Shown here in pieces: positions 40,948 to 51,988 of a DNA stretch of 64,000 nt; within the stretch, counting starts at the first letter, position 1, and the number at the start of each line of letters is the position of its first letter. Below the pieces are notes generated by a model. That model saw only the letters and a list, made by a program, of their open reading frames with translations, made no database searches and was not told where the DNA came from. The DNA is from Nitrosopumilus sp. (GTDB lineage: Archaea > Thermoproteota > Nitrososphaeria > Nitrososphaerales > Nitrosopumilaceae), in contig OZ242186.1 in NCBI GenBank assembly GCA_965205675.1, positions 416,001 to 480,000 of the forward strand, in the 5' to 3' direction. The position numbers were made by a program, and so were the translations under genes.

Positions 40948-41810
40948 TCTTTAGCTTTCTTTACCTCGGGTCGAAGCTCAGTTAAGATATCTTGTTGCAA
41001 TTTCAATAAAGATTCATCGTCAGAAATTCTAGGTCTTGGAAAATCATTGTCAACTTCTTTTTTAATTACTGATGGACGATTACTAAAAATTGCAACCTTG
41101 GTTCCAAGAACTGTAGATTCTGGAACACTATGAGTTACAAACAAAATAGTTTTTTTTGTTTTCTCCCAAATTAATTGCATCTCAACTAATAACAAATCAC
41201 GAGTTTGTGCATCAAGTGCGGCAAAGGGTTCATCCATAAGTAATACATCAGGATCCATTACAAGAGCTCTGGCAATAGCTACACGCTGTTTCATCCCAGT
41301 TGAAAGTTGATAAGTATAAGAATCTGCAAATTTGGTAAGTTGCATCATATTTAGATATCTATGAGAGATTTTTACTCGTTCTTCTTTTGGGATGCCTGCC
41401 ATCTTTAATCCAAATTCTACATTATCTTGAACTTTGAGCCAAGGAAATAATGCACCTTCTTGAAATACCATAATTCTCTCAGGGCCAGTTTCAGTTACAT
41501 TATGACCATCAAAAAGAATTTGACCATCATCAGGCTTCTCCAAGCCTGCAACTATGCGTAAGAAGGTAGATTTTCCACATCCAGAAGGACCAACTAAGCA
41601 TACAAAATCACCAGCCTCAACTTTTAGATTTATCCCTCCAAGTGCTTTGAGTTTGTGAGAATCATGATTGAAATATTTTACAATATTTTTTGCCTCAAGT
41701 TTGATCATGTGGTGTATCTCCTTTAACAGAATTTGTATCATAGTAAAAAATACCAAACAAATCATATCCATTTCGTCCCAGATATCCCAAAAGATCTGCT
41801 TTTTCAGCAA
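40944..41810 (-). CDS. ABC transporter ATP-binding protein (start probably MIKLEAK)
   Basis: GPSGCGKS, LSTGMKQR, LLMDEPF. Confidence 0.92.
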   Translation of the reverse strand: MLKKQIFWDIWDEMDMICLVFFTMIQILLKEIHHMIKLEAKNIVKYFNHDSHKLKALGGINLKVEAGDFVCLVGPSGCGKSTFLRIVAGLEKPDDGQILFDGHNVTETGPERIMVFQEGALFPWLKVQDNVEFGLKMAGIPKEERVKISHRYLNMMQLTKFADSYTYQLSTGMKQRVAIARALVMDPDVLLMDEPFAALDAQTRDLLLVEMQLIWEKTKKTILFVTHSVPESTVLGTKVAIFSNRPSVIKKEVDNDFPRPRISDDESLLKLQQDILTELRPEVKKAKE

Positions 41811-42729
41811 AGGAATGAACAGAATCAGGTATCGGATCTGCCGTGATTACAAGATTAGATAAAGCAATGTCAACTACATCATCAGAAAGAGATTGTCCCA
41901 GATGTGAATCTAAAAAATTATTAAAAATAATTTTAGTTTCTCTAGGATTCTCATTAATCCAAGCAGATGTCTTGTGATGAGAATCTAACAAATTAGAAAT
42001 TAGCAGAGGGTTTTTTTCTACATAATCAATATTTGCAATTAAAAGAACTGATGCAAATTCATGGTTAGGCCATAAATCTTCTTCATGGAATAATCGTTTT
42101 CCATTTAATTCAATTTCTAAAATAGTAGCCCAAGGTTCTGCAATCCAAGCTCCATCAATATCGCCTTTAACAAATAATGTGTAGATATCAGGATTTGAAA
42201 TATTATAAATTATTACAGAACCACCTTTTTCAGCAGATTGTAGATTATTTTCAGATAAATAATGTCGCAAAGATACATCTTGGGTATTGCCAATTTGAGG
42301 AACAGCAATTTTTTTTCCACTAAAATCTGAAACAGAATTTATTTCAGAATCAGGATGAACAATAAAACTGGCACCTCCACTTGCAGCACCTGCAAGAATC
42401 TTTACATTATGATTTTCTGAGTTTAAAAACCCATTAATTGCAGGGCCAGGTCCAACATATGCTAAATCAATTGAATTGGCAAAAAGAGATTCTATTGCTT
42501 GCGGACCACTATCAAAAACTCTAGTCTCAATGTTTACTTCATCTCCAACATTATTTTGAAAAAATCCTTTCTCCACACCAACTATTGGAATAGCATGTCC
42601 GATATTTGAAAAGTATGCGATTCGGAGTTTAGGAGCATTATCCATGTCATTGGAATTAAATATAATCCCTAACGCAGATAGTAAAATAACCCCTACAATA
42701 CTTGCAGTAATCACCGAACTAGTTTTCAT
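41695..42729 (-). CDS. SsuA-like ABC substrate-binding protein
   Basis: AYVGPGPAING, PQIGNTQDV. Confidence 0.88.
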   Translation of the reverse strand: MKTSSVITASIVGVILLSALGIIFNSNDMDNAPKLRIAYFSNIGHAIPIVGVEKGFFQNNVGDEVNIETRVFDSGPQAIESLFANSIDLAYVGPGPAINGFLNSENHNVKILAGAASGGASFIVHPDSEINSVSDFSGKKIAVPQIGNTQDVSLRHYLSENNLQSAEKGGSVIIYNISNPDIYTLFVKGDIDGAWIAEPWATILEIELNGKRLFHEEDLWPNHEFASVLLIANIDYVEKNPLLISNLLDSHHKTSAWINENPRETKIIFNNFLDSHLGQSLSDDVVDIALSNLVITADPIPDSVHSFAEKADLLGYLGRNGYDLFGIFYYDTNSVKGDTPHDQT

Positions 42730-42861
42730 AAAACAGCGTTATATCTGGCGGTTAAATAATCATCGAATTTTAGCTCAAGCTAGTCAGAAATTCTCTAAAA
42801 ATAATTTATTTTGAGCCCATCACAAAAGATAAATTCCAAATTGTGACGAAAAAGATGTTTT

Positions 42862-44061
42862 ATGACTCAAAAAGGAATTCTTGCATTTTCTGGAGGATTA
42901 GATACCTCAGTAGTTGTAAAATATCTACAAGATGAACATGATATGGATGTCATCACAGTTACTGTAGATGTTGGTCAAGACGATAATTGGAAAAAAATTG
43001 CAGCAAAAGCAAAGAAACTGGGGGTAAAAAAACACTACAACATTGATGCAAGAAAGGAATTTGTCAAAGATTACATTTTTCCATCAATTAAAGCAAATGC
43101 CCTTTATCAAAAAAAATACTGTCTTGCTACAGCACTCGCCAGGCCATTAATTGCAAAAAAAGTTTTAGAAATTGCAAAGAAAGAAAAAGTAACATCACTT
43201 GCACATGGATGTTCTGGAAAGGGGAATGATCAAGTTAGATTTGATATTACATTACGTTCAGGATCTGATCTTCCAATCATAGCTCCGATAAGGGATAAGA
43301 ATTTGGATAGAGATACAGAATTAAAATTTGCAAAAAAACATGGAATTCAAATTGATACAGTAGCAAAAAAATTTAGCATTGATCAAAATCTATGGGGACG
43401 TGCAATAGAAGGAGGAATTTTAGAGAATCCGTACAATGAACCCCCAGATGATGCATTCATTTGGGTTAAAACAAAAAATCTACCAGACAAACCAACATAC
43501 TTGGAAATTAAATTCAATAAAGGAATTCCAGTGGAAGTTGATGGAAAAACAATGGAGTCATTAAAATTAATTGAATACATTAACAAAAAAGCAGGAGATG
43601 CAGGTGTTGGAATAGCTGATCATATTGAAGACAGAGTTGTAGGAATTAAATCTCGAGAAGTATATGAAACACCAGCAGCAACTTGTTTAATTGAAGCACA
43701 TGCAGATTTAGAAAAAATGGTTCACACTAAACATGAAAATAAATTCAAATCAGTGATTGACGATGAATGGGCATATTTGATCTACTCAGGACTTTGGCAA
43801 GATCCTCTAAAAACAGATCTGGATGGATTTATCGAAGCAGCACAAAAACCAGTATCAGGAACAGTCAGACTAAAGATGTACAAAGGAAATCTCAGAGTAG
43901 TTGGAAGGAAATCCAACAATTCATTGTATAGTCACGATATTGCAACTTATGGAGTAGAATCCACATTTGATCAAAGACTGGCTAAAGGATTTATCGAATT
44001 ATGGGGAATGCAGTCAACAGAAGCTAATAAATTACAAAAGAAAAGGTCAACAAAAACATGA
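42862..44061 (+). CDS. argG: Argininosuccinate synthase
   Basis: AFSGGLDTS, GKGNDQVRF, KSREVYE. Confidence 0.97.
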   Translation: MTQKGILAFSGGLDTSVVVKYLQDEHDMDVITVTVDVGQDDNWKKIAAKAKKLGVKKHYNIDARKEFVKDYIFPSIKANALYQKKYCLATALARPLIAKKVLEIAKKEKVTSLAHGCSGKGNDQVRFDITLRSGSDLPIIAPIRDKNLDRDTELKFAKKHGIQIDTVAKKFSIDQNLWGRAIEGGILENPYNEPPDDAFIWVKTKNLPDKPTYLEIKFNKGIPVEVDGKTMESLKLIEYINKKAGDAGVGIADHIEDRVVGIKSREVYETPAATCLIEAHADLEKMVHTKHENKFKSVIDDEWAYLIYSGLWQDPLKTDLDGFIEAAQKPVSGTVRLKMYKGNLRVVGRKSNNSLYSHDIATYGVESTFDQRLAKGFIELWGMQSTEANKLQKKRSTKT

Positions 44062-44225
44062 ACTGCCCAGAATGTGATGCAACACTAAACATCCCAGATG
44101 ATGCCTCAGTAGGAGAAATTGTCTCCTGTCCTGATTGTGGCGCTGACTTTGAAATCGCAAAAAAAGACGGATCAAATGTTGAGCTTAAACAAGCAGAAAA
44201 CGTAGGCGAAGACTGGGGAGAGTAA
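44058..44225 (+). CDS. lysW: Amino-group carrier protein LysW/ArgW, copy 1
   Basis: CPEC..CPDC..EDWGE. Confidence 0.95.
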   Translation: MNCPECDATLNIPDDASVGEIVSCPDCGADFEIAKKDGSNVELKQAENVGEDWGE

Positions 44226-45082
44226 TGTCAAAAGTTTGTATCGTTTTTGACCGCCTAAGAGCGGAAGAAAAAATGCTTCAAAAAGAAGCATTTGACCTAG
44301 GACACGATACATTGATGTTAGATGCAAAAATCACTCAAATCAATACAGATAGTAAAAAAGAAGATTTTGATTTAGGAGATGTTGTTTTAGAAAGATGTGT
44401 TAGTTATTTTCGTGGACTTCATTTTACATCTAGTTTAGAATTTATGGATATTCCTGTATTAAACAAATTTGATGTTGCAAATATTTGTGGAAATAAAATG
44501 TTCATGACTTTATTTCTAAAAAAAAATAATATCCCAACACCTAAAACATATTTTTCATTTTCAAGTGAAAGTGCAGCAGAGAATTTAGAAAAAGTAGGAT
44601 TTCCGCTAGTGATTAAACCCGTGATTGGAAGTTGGGGAAGAGGAGTAATGTCTCTCAAAGATAAAGATACCATGGAGGCAGTTTTTGAAATAAGAAACAC
44701 TACAGATGGTCCACATGACAGAATCTATTATTTACAAAAATTAATCAATAGACCACCAAGAGACATCAGAGTGATTACTGTAGGTGATGAATCTATTGCA
44801 GCAATGTATAGAAAATCTTCAGGGGGTTTTAAAACAAATATTGCATTAGGTGCAGAACCTGAACTTTGTGAGATCACAAAAGAAATGGAAGATATAGCAG
44901 CAAAAGCATCAAAAGCTATGGGAGGGGGAATATTAGGAATCGATATGATGGAAGATGAGAAAAATGGGTTAGTTGTTCATGAAGTAAATAATACAGTAGA
45001 ATTCAAAGGGTTGGCAAGAGTAGCACAACGAAATATACCAAAGGAAATGGTAAAATTTGCTCTAAACTACGTTAGGAAATAA
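44225..45082 (+). CDS. LysX/ArgX ATP-grasp ligase, copy 1
   Basis: KPVIGSWGRG, RDIRV, HEVN. Confidence 0.92.
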   Translation: MSKVCIVFDRLRAEEKMLQKEAFDLGHDTLMLDAKITQINTDSKKEDFDLGDVVLERCVSYFRGLHFTSSLEFMDIPVLNKFDVANICGNKMFMTLFLKKNNIPTPKTYFSFSSESAAENLEKVGFPLVIKPVIGSWGRGVMSLKDKDTMEAVFEIRNTTDGPHDRIYYLQKLINRPPRDIRVITVGDESIAAMYRKSSGGFKTNIALGAEPELCEITKEMEDIAAKASKAMGGGILGIDMMEDEKNGLVVHEVNNTVEFKGLARVAQRNIPKEMVKFALNYVRK

Positions 45083-45110
45083 ATTATACTCCATTTGGAA
45101 GTGTTTTATC

Positions 45111-46157
45111 ATGAAAGTAGGTGTTGTCGGTGCATCAGGATACGTAGGTGGAGAAACACTTCGTCTTTTGATTAATCATCCAAAGGTAGAGATCTCCACA
45201 GTTACATCAAGACAGCATGTAGGAGAATATCTACATAGAGTTCAACCAAGTTTGAAAGGATTTACCGATCTTACATTTTCAGAATTAGATTATGATAAAC
45301 TAACAGATCAATGTGATTTAGTGTTTACAGCAGTGCCACATGGAACTGCAACAGAGATTGTAAAAGCACTGTATGATAGAGGAGTCAAAATTATTGATTT
45401 AAGTGCAGATTATAGATTACACAATCAAGACGCATATAACAAATGGTATGGATGGGAACATCCACATCCAGACTATTTAGAAAAATCAGTATTTGGAGTA
45501 CCAGAATTACATAGAGAACAAATTAAAAATGCACAACTAGTATCATGTCCTGGTTGTATGGCAGTAACATCAATGTTAGCACTTGCACCATTAATTCGAA
45601 ATGATATTATTGATACAGAACATATCATAGTAGATTCAAAAATAGGTTCATCGGGTGCAGGTTCAGGTTCAGGAACTGCACATGCAATGAGAGCAGGAGT
45701 CATCAGACCATACAAACCAGCAAAACACAGGCACACAGGTGAAATTGAACAAGAGCTTAGTGAAATTGCAGGAAAGAAAATTCATGTATCAATGAGTCCA
45801 CATGCAGTAGATGTAGTTAGAGGAATTTTATGTACAAATCATACATTTATGAAAAAAGATATTGAAGAAAAAGAATTGTGGAAATTATATCGTCAAACTT
45901 ATGGTGAAGAAAGATTTGTTAGATTGATTAGGGATAAAAAAGGATTATACAAATTCCCAGATCCAAAATTCTTAGTTGGTTCAAATTTTTGTGATATTGG
46001 ATTTGATTTAGATGAAGATAACAACAGATTGATTGCATTATCTGCATCAGATAATTTAATGAAAGGTGCAGCTGGTTCAGCTATTCAAAACATGAATGTA
46101 ATGTGTGGTTTTGATGAAATGGACGGATTAAGATATACCCCACTAACTCCAGTGTAG
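45111..46157 (+). CDS. argC: LysY/ArgC reductase
   Basis: GASGYVG, DLSADYRL, PGC, DNLMKGAAG. Confidence 0.93.
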   Translation: MKVGVVGASGYVGGETLRLLINHPKVEISTVTSRQHVGEYLHRVQPSLKGFTDLTFSELDYDKLTDQCDLVFTAVPHGTATEIVKALYDRGVKIIDLSADYRLHNQDAYNKWYGWEHPHPDYLEKSVFGVPELHREQIKNAQLVSCPGCMAVTSMLALAPLIRNDIIDTEHIIVDSKIGSSGAGSGSGTAHAMRAGVIRPYKPAKHRHTGEIEQELSEIAGKKIHVSMSPHAVDVVRGILCTNHTFMKKDIEEKELWKLYRQTYGEERFVRLIRDKKGLYKFPDPKFLVGSNFCDIGFDLDEDNNRLIALSASDNLMKGAAGSAIQNMNVMCGFDEMDGLRYTPLTPV

Positions 46158-46159
46158 AA

Positions 46160-46963
46160 ATGATTACAATTAAAATTGGTGGAAGTGTGGTAGATGATTT
46201 ACATCCATCAACAATTTTAGATATTAAAAAAACAGCAGAAACTGAAGGGATAATCATAGTTCATGGAGGGGGAAAAGAAGTCACAAAAGTTTGTGAGCAA
46301 CTTGGAAAAGAACCAAGATTTGTAACATCTCCAAGTGGCATCAAAAGTAGATATACAGACAAAGAAACAGCAGAAATTTTCACCATGGTGATGTCAGGTA
46401 GAGTAAATAAAACAATTGTACAAATGCTTCAAAAAAACGGCATTAATGCAATCGGTCTTTCAGGTGTAGATGCCAAAATCATAGAGGCAGATAGAAAAAA
46501 GAAATTATTCATAGTTAATGAAAAAGGTAGAAAACAAGCTATAGATGGTGGTTATACAGGAAAAATAAGAGAAGTGAATTCGAAATTTATCAAATCCCTC
46601 TTAGAGCAAGGGCTTACACCTGTGATTTCCCCAATAGCCATAAGTGAAGAATCAGAATTTCTCAATATTGATGGAGATCGAGCAGCAGCATATGTTGCAG
46701 GTAAAGTAGGATGTGATAAAATATTATTTATCACAAATGTTGATGGATTATTGATAGATGATAAACTTGTTCCAAGATTAACATTGGCAGAAGCAAAAGA
46801 AATTAGGCCAAAAATTGGGCCAGGAATGGAAAAAAAAATTTTAGCATCTACTGAAGCATTAGATATGGGTGTTAAAGAAGCATTAATTGGGAATGGACAA
46901 AAAGAAAATCCAATATCTGCATCTATTGCACATGATAATTGCACGGTGATTGAACATGAGTGA
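46160..46963 (+). CDS. lysZ: LysZ/ArgB kinase
   Basis: IKIGGS, VHGGG, NIDGD. Confidence 0.9.
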   Translation: MITIKIGGSVVDDLHPSTILDIKKTAETEGIIIVHGGGKEVTKVCEQLGKEPRFVTSPSGIKSRYTDKETAEIFTMVMSGRVNKTIVQMLQKNGINAIGLSGVDAKIIEADRKKKLFIVNEKGRKQAIDGGYTGKIREVNSKFIKSLLEQGLTPVISPIAISEESEFLNIDGDRAAAYVAGKVGCDKILFITNVDGLLIDDKLVPRLTLAEAKEIRPKIGPGMEKKILASTEALDMGVKEALIGNGQKENPISASIAHDNCTVIEHE

Positions 46964-48137
46964 AGACCAATTTATGGGGAATCTCTATCAAAGATTTCCA
47001 GTTACAATTGAAAAAGGAGTAGGCGCTCATGTATGGGATGTAGATGGGAAAAAATACATTGATTGTATGGGGGGATATGGAGTAGCTTTAGTTGGTCACA
47101 AAAATGATAAAGTTAACGATGCAATAAAAAAACAAATCGATAAGATTATCACAGTACATAGTTCATTATACAATAAAACAAGAGAAGAGTTTTTGACAAC
47201 ACTTATTGGGTTAGCACCAAAAGGACTAACACAAGTTCATCTAAACAATAGTGGAGCTGAAGCAATTGAAGCTGCAATGAAATTTGCCAGAAAGTTTACA
47301 GGTAAAAAAGGAATGGTTGCAATGAAAGGATCATACCATGGAAAATCGTTTGGAGCTTTATCAATAACATTTAATCCAAAATATAGAAAAGCATTTGCGC
47401 CATTGGTAGAGAAAGTTTCATTTGCATCATATGGGGATATAGAATCTTTACATAAAGTAATTGATGAGGATACTGCATTTGTGATTTTAGAACCAATACA
47501 AGGTGAAAGTGGAATTATTGTTGCACCCGAAGGATTTTTGCAAAAAGTTCGAAAACTTTGTGATGAGAAAGGAATCGTGTTAATATTTGACGAAATACAA
47601 GCTGGGTTAGGTAGAACGGGACGATTATGGGCTTGCGATCATTGGAATACTACGCCAGACATTCTATGTCTTGCAAAAGGGATTGCGGGAGGAATACCAA
47701 TGGGAGCTACACTTGTAAAACCGGATATTTTAGATGCAATGGGTAAAGGAGAACATTCATCAACATTTGGAGGTAATCCAATATCTTGTGCAGCAGGCAG
47801 TGCATCACTTAAAACAATTACCGAAGACGGGTTAATTGAAAATTCAGACAAGATGGGGAAATTATTCCAGAAAGGACTAGAAGAACTAAAAGAAAAACAC
47901 ACAATGATTAGAGAAATACGTGGTAAAGGACTCATGATAGGAATCGAGATGAAATTTGAAGTTAGGGATATTTTAATGGGATTAATCAAAAAAGGTGTCT
48001 TGATGTTATATTCTGGAAGAAACATTTTAAGAATTCTTCCACCACTAGTAATATCGGAAAAGGACGTAACAGAAGTTTTACATGCTCTTGATTCTGTACT
48101 AACTGAAGAGGAAGAAAAAAGAAATGTACAAGGATAA
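46950..48137 (+). CDS. lysJ: LysJ/ArgD aminotransferase
   Basis: NSGAEA, DEIQAGLGRTG, LAKG, STFGGNP. Confidence 0.9.
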   Translation: MNMSEDQFMGNLYQRFPVTIEKGVGAHVWDVDGKKYIDCMGGYGVALVGHKNDKVNDAIKKQIDKIITVHSSLYNKTREEFLTTLIGLAPKGLTQVHLNNSGAEAIEAAMKFARKFTGKKGMVAMKGSYHGKSFGALSITFNPKYRKAFAPLVEKVSFASYGDIESLHKVIDEDTAFVILEPIQGESGIIVAPEGFLQKVRKLCDEKGIVLIFDEIQAGLGRTGRLWACDHWNTTPDILCLAKGIAGGIPMGATLVKPDILDAMGKGEHSSTFGGNPISCAAGSASLKTITEDGLIENSDKMGKLFQKGLEELKEKHTMIREIRGKGLMIGIEMKFEVRDILMGLIKKGVLMLYSGRNILRILPPLVISEKDVTEVLHALDSVLTEEEEKRNVQG

Positions 48138-48543
48138 GATAGATGAAAAAATTATAGAGTATTTAAAAGATGATTCTAGAGAATCGTTTGTGGATATTGG
48201 TAAAAAGCTAAAACTATCAGAATCAGCAGTACGAAGACGTGTAAAGAATTTAGTGGACAGTAGGACCATCAAAAGATTTACTTTAGAGTTGGGTGAAGAG
48301 AACACAACTAGCGCAATTGTTTTAGTTTCAGTGGATTCTGCAACAGATACATCAAAAGTGTCATTGAAGCTTGCAAAACTAGAAGGAGTGAAAACAGTTT
48401 ATGAAATTACTGGCCAATATGACATTACAACAATAATGAGTGCAACAAACATTGCAGAAATTAATAATAGCATTGACGCTCTAAGAAAAATCCCAGGAGT
48501 AGTTGATACCAACACAGTAATTATTTTAAGAAAAATAATCTAA
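48124..48543 (+). CDS. lysM: LysM (Lrp/AsnC family) regulator
   Basis: HTH LSESAVRRRV + RAM domain within lys cluster. Confidence 0.85.
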   Translation: MYKDKIDEKIIEYLKDDSRESFVDIGKKLKLSESAVRRRVKNLVDSRTIKRFTLELGEENTTSAIVLVSVDSATDTSKVSLKLAKLEGVKTVYEITGQYDITTIMSATNIAEINNSIDALRKIPGVVDTNTVIILRKII

Positions 48544-48660
48544 TTACGACTTTCGTTTTAAAAATTAATTTCAAAACTAGTTTAGGATCATTTTTACTTT
48601 TTCTCAACGAATTTAGTACGAATATGTTTATATCATCAACTTATAACAACGATATTAGTA

Positions 48661-49827
48661 ATGAAAGATCCGAATCACTATGCAAATATATACAACGCAT
48701 ATGAAAAAAATCCAAAGAAAATTAAAATTTTAGATAGTACATTAAGAGAAGGTGAACAACACCCAGGTGTTTCATTTACAAACAAACAAAGAATTCAGAT
48801 TGCATGGATGCTAGATTATTTTGGAGTTGATCAAATTGAAATTTCACCAGTTGTATCAAATGATCATAAAGAAGCAACTAAAACAATCATTAAACAAGAA
48901 CTAAATGCAGATATTATTTCTCATGGACGTGCATTAAAATCAGACATCGACATCTCATTGGATTGTGATGCAAAATGGTGTGCAGCATATTTAGGAATTT
49001 CAGATATTCATCTAAAAGATAAACTAAGGATTTCAAGAGAGGAGGCTCTTAGCAGAGCAGTAGAAACAGTAGAGTATGCAAAATCTCATGGACTTAAAAT
49101 TAGATTTACAGTGGAAGATGGAAGTAGAGCAGAACCAGAATTTCTGGTAAAAGTTTGTAAGGCTATTGAAAAAGCAGGAGTTGATAGAATCAGTCTTCCA
49201 GATACTGTTGGAATTTTACGTCCAATTGGAATGTATAATTTTGTTAAAAAAATAAGAGATGTTGTAGATACACCATTAGATGCACATGTTCACAATGACA
49301 TTGGATTTGCAGTTGCAAATGCATTTTCAGCATGTGATGCAGGAGTTGATCAAATTCACACTACAATTGATGGGATAGGAGAAAGAACAGGAATTCCACC
49401 TCTTGCAGAAATTGCAGTGGCATTAACTTATCTTTACAAGTCACCAAATGATTTCAGATTAGACATGTTACTTGATTTATCCAGATTGATTGAGGAATAC
49501 ACATCAATCAAACCATATGATTCCAAACCTATTGTAGGTACATCAGCTTACAAACACAAGGCAGGTACGCACCTTGCAGCAATTCTTCGAAATCCTGCAG
49601 CCTATGAGCCAATTCCACCCAGAGCAGTGGGAAATAGAAGAAGAATCGTCTTCGGAGAACTAGCAGGAAAAACAGGTGCGGCATATTTGATGTCTCTTTT
49701 AGGATTAGAAAAAAGCGATGAAGGTGCAAAAGCCGTTGCCGCAGGATTAAAGGGTCTAAGAATGGGGGATTTGATAGAGATCCCTCTAGAAGACAGACTT
49801 GAAAAAAAGATAATTAATGATAAATAA
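48661..49827 (+). CDS. Homocitrate synthase (LeuA family)
   Basis: DSTLREGEQ, HVHND, GIGERTG, HKAGTH; lys cluster context. Confidence 0.85.
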   Translation: MKDPNHYANIYNAYEKNPKKIKILDSTLREGEQHPGVSFTNKQRIQIAWMLDYFGVDQIEISPVVSNDHKEATKTIIKQELNADIISHGRALKSDIDISLDCDAKWCAAYLGISDIHLKDKLRISREEALSRAVETVEYAKSHGLKIRFTVEDGSRAEPEFLVKVCKAIEKAGVDRISLPDTVGILRPIGMYNFVKKIRDVVDTPLDAHVHNDIGFAVANAFSACDAGVDQIHTTIDGIGERTGIPPLAEIAVALTYLYKSPNDFRLDMLLDLSRLIEEYTSIKPYDSKPIVGTSAYKHKAGTHLAAILRNPAAYEPIPPRAVGNRRRIVFGELAGKTGAAYLMSLLGLEKSDEGAKAVAAGLKGLRMGDLIEIPLEDRLEKKIINDK

Positions 49828-49850
49828 AGAGGGAGTAATGAAGAGAAAGT

Positions 49851-50018
49851 ATGTCAAAATGTGAAGAATGTGATGCAGATATTTCTATACCAAGTGATGC
49901 ACTTGAAGGAGAAATTGTAACATGTCCGGAATGTGGCGCGAGTTTTGAATTAGCTAAAGGTTCAAACGGTTTCGATCTAAAGCCAGCACAAACAGTTGGC
50001 GAGGATTGGGGACAGTGA
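49851..50018 (+). CDS. lysW: LysW, copy 2 (C-terminus EDWGQ)
   Basis: CEEC..CPEC..GAG GAT TGG GGA CAG TGA. Confidence 0.92.
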   Translation: MSKCEECDADISIPSDALEGEIVTCPECGASFELAKGSNGFDLKPAQTVGEDWGQ

Positions 50019-50857
50019 ATCCTGACGTTACCATTCTTTACGATTCCATCCGTTGGGAAGAAAAAGCTCTGTTAGAAGCAGGTAAAAAAAAGAATATCAA
50101 CATTCAGATGGTCGATTGTAAAAAATTGGCAATAGATTTAGAAAAAAAACCAGAAGACTATGGTGTAGTTATTCAGAGATGTGTAAGTTATTATAGGAAT
50201 TTACATTCTACTGCAGCTCTTGAAGGATTAGGAATCAAAGTAATTAATTGTCTTAACACAGGAGTGTATGCTGGAAATAAATTATTTACACATATGTTGC
50301 TAAAGAAATTTGGAGTTCCAACACCAAATGCTACTGTAGCATTTTCAAAAAATGCAGCATTAGATGCATTGGATTTGCAAGGTTATCCAAAAGTTATCAA
50401 ACCAACGGTTGGTAGTTGGGGAAGACTAATCTCAAAATTAAATGACAGGGATGCAGCTGAAGGAATTATTGAAAGTAGAGAAAATATGTATCCAATTTAT
50501 CAAGTTCATTATTTAGAAGAATTTGTAAAAAGACCGCCACGAGACATTAGAGCAATTATGGTAGGAGATAAAATAGTTGCAGCAATTTACAGAACATCAA
50601 AGCATTGGAAAACAAACATGGCATTAGGAGGAGTAGCTAAGCCGTGTAAAGCTACGCAAGAGATGGAGGAAATGTGTATTAAAGCAAAACATGCAATTGA
50701 AGGAGATATCGTAGGTGTAGATTTGATGGAAAGCGATGAGAAAGGACTAGTTGTACATGAAGTAAACAACACAACAGAATACAAAAACACTGTAAGAGTG
50801 TGCAATGTAGACATTCCTTCCTTAATGCTAGATTATGCACTAAAGGTAGAAAAGTAA
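50006..50857 (+). CDS. lysX: LysX ATP-grasp ligase, copy 2 (start probably GTG 50015)
   Basis: IRWEEK, KPTVGSWGRL, HEVN. Confidence 0.92.
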   Translation: MGTVNPDVTILYDSIRWEEKALLEAGKKKNINIQMVDCKKLAIDLEKKPEDYGVVIQRCVSYYRNLHSTAALEGLGIKVINCLNTGVYAGNKLFTHMLLKKFGVPTPNATVAFSKNAALDALDLQGYPKVIKPTVGSWGRLISKLNDRDAAEGIIESRENMYPIYQVHYLEEFVKRPPRDIRAIMVGDKIVAAIYRTSKHWKTNMALGGVAKPCKATQEMEEMCIKAKHAIEGDIVGVDLMESDEKGLVVHEVNNTTEYKNTVRVCNVDIPSLMLDYALKVEK

Positions 50858-50860
50858 GAA

Positions 50861-51988
50861 TTGGATACTCATTTTATAGTAACACCAAGATTTGCAGTAA
50901 AGATGCTAGAGAAAGCACTCAGACTATACACACCATCACTAAGCGAAAAACCAATGGCAGAATTTTTAGCCGATAAATGCGATGATCTAGGATTTGAAGA
51001 TATTCAGATAGACGAAGTTGGTAATATGATAGCAAAGAAAGGTTCAGGTTCCCCCACAATCATGTTATGTGGACATATGGATGTAGTACCAGGTAAAGTA
51101 AAAGTTAGAAAAGAAGGGGATGCACTTTATGGTAGAGGTGCATCAGATGCAAAAGCGCCATTAATGGCAATGTTATTTGCTGCAGCATCAATTCAAAACA
51201 ATAATGGGACAATAATTTTTGTTGGTGCAGTAGATGAAGAGGGAAATGCAACTGGAATTAAAAATTTAGTTAAGAAAAAAATGGATATTGATTATGCAGT
51301 GTTTGGAGAACCAAGTGGAATCAAAAAAGTCACTATTGCATACAAAGGAAGATTAGCTATAAATCTCAAAATAAGCGTAGAAGATAGCTCTCATGCAAGT
51401 GCGCCATGGTTATCAAAGAATGCAATTTTAGAATCAATGGTTTTTGCAAGAGAGTTAAAAGAAAAGCTAGAAACAAACCAAGAAGAGAAGACAAAAGGAA
51501 TGTTGTTGACTGCTACCATAACCGAAGTAAAAGGAGGAACTAGTCATAATGTTACTCCAAAAGAATGTGAAACAACCTTTGATATCAGAATCCCCGTAGA
51601 TATGAATTGTAAAGCAATTGAGCAGAAAATTGCAACACTAGTCAAAGAAATATCTCGAGAAAGAGAAGTTGAGGCATTTTATTCAATTTTAGATGAAACT
51701 GAGCCATTTGAAGCTCCTCACAACTCACCACTAGTTAGAGCATTTACATTAGGAATTATGGAAACAGAGCATTCAAGACCAACATTAATCAGAAAAACAG
51801 GTACAGGAGACATGAATGTACTTGGAAATCAATGGGGAATTCCAGTAGTGACATATGGGCCAGGGGATCCTCATGAAGCACACACAATTGATGAAAAAGT
51901 TTCAGTGAATGAATATCTTAGAGGAATAGAAATTCTCAAGAAAACACTACAGCACTTAAAAAGACTTCACGATAGAAATATTCAGTAA
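50861..51988 (+). CDS. lysK: LysK/ArgE M20 hydrolase
   Basis: GHMDVVPG, GRGASDAK, DEEG, YGPGD..AHT. Confidence 0.9.
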   Translation: MDTHFIVTPRFAVKMLEKALRLYTPSLSEKPMAEFLADKCDDLGFEDIQIDEVGNMIAKKGSGSPTIMLCGHMDVVPGKVKVRKEGDALYGRGASDAKAPLMAMLFAAASIQNNNGTIIFVGAVDEEGNATGIKNLVKKKMDIDYAVFGEPSGIKKVTIAYKGRLAINLKISVEDSSHASAPWLSKNAILESMVFARELKEKLETNQEEKTKGMLLTATITEVKGGTSHNVTPKECETTFDIRIPVDMNCKAIEQKIATLVKEISREREVEAFYSILDETEPFEAPHNSPLVRAFTLGIMETEHSRPTLIRKTGTGDMNVLGNQWGIPVVTYGPGDPHEAHTIDEKVSVNEYLRGIEILKKTLQHLKRLHDRNIQ

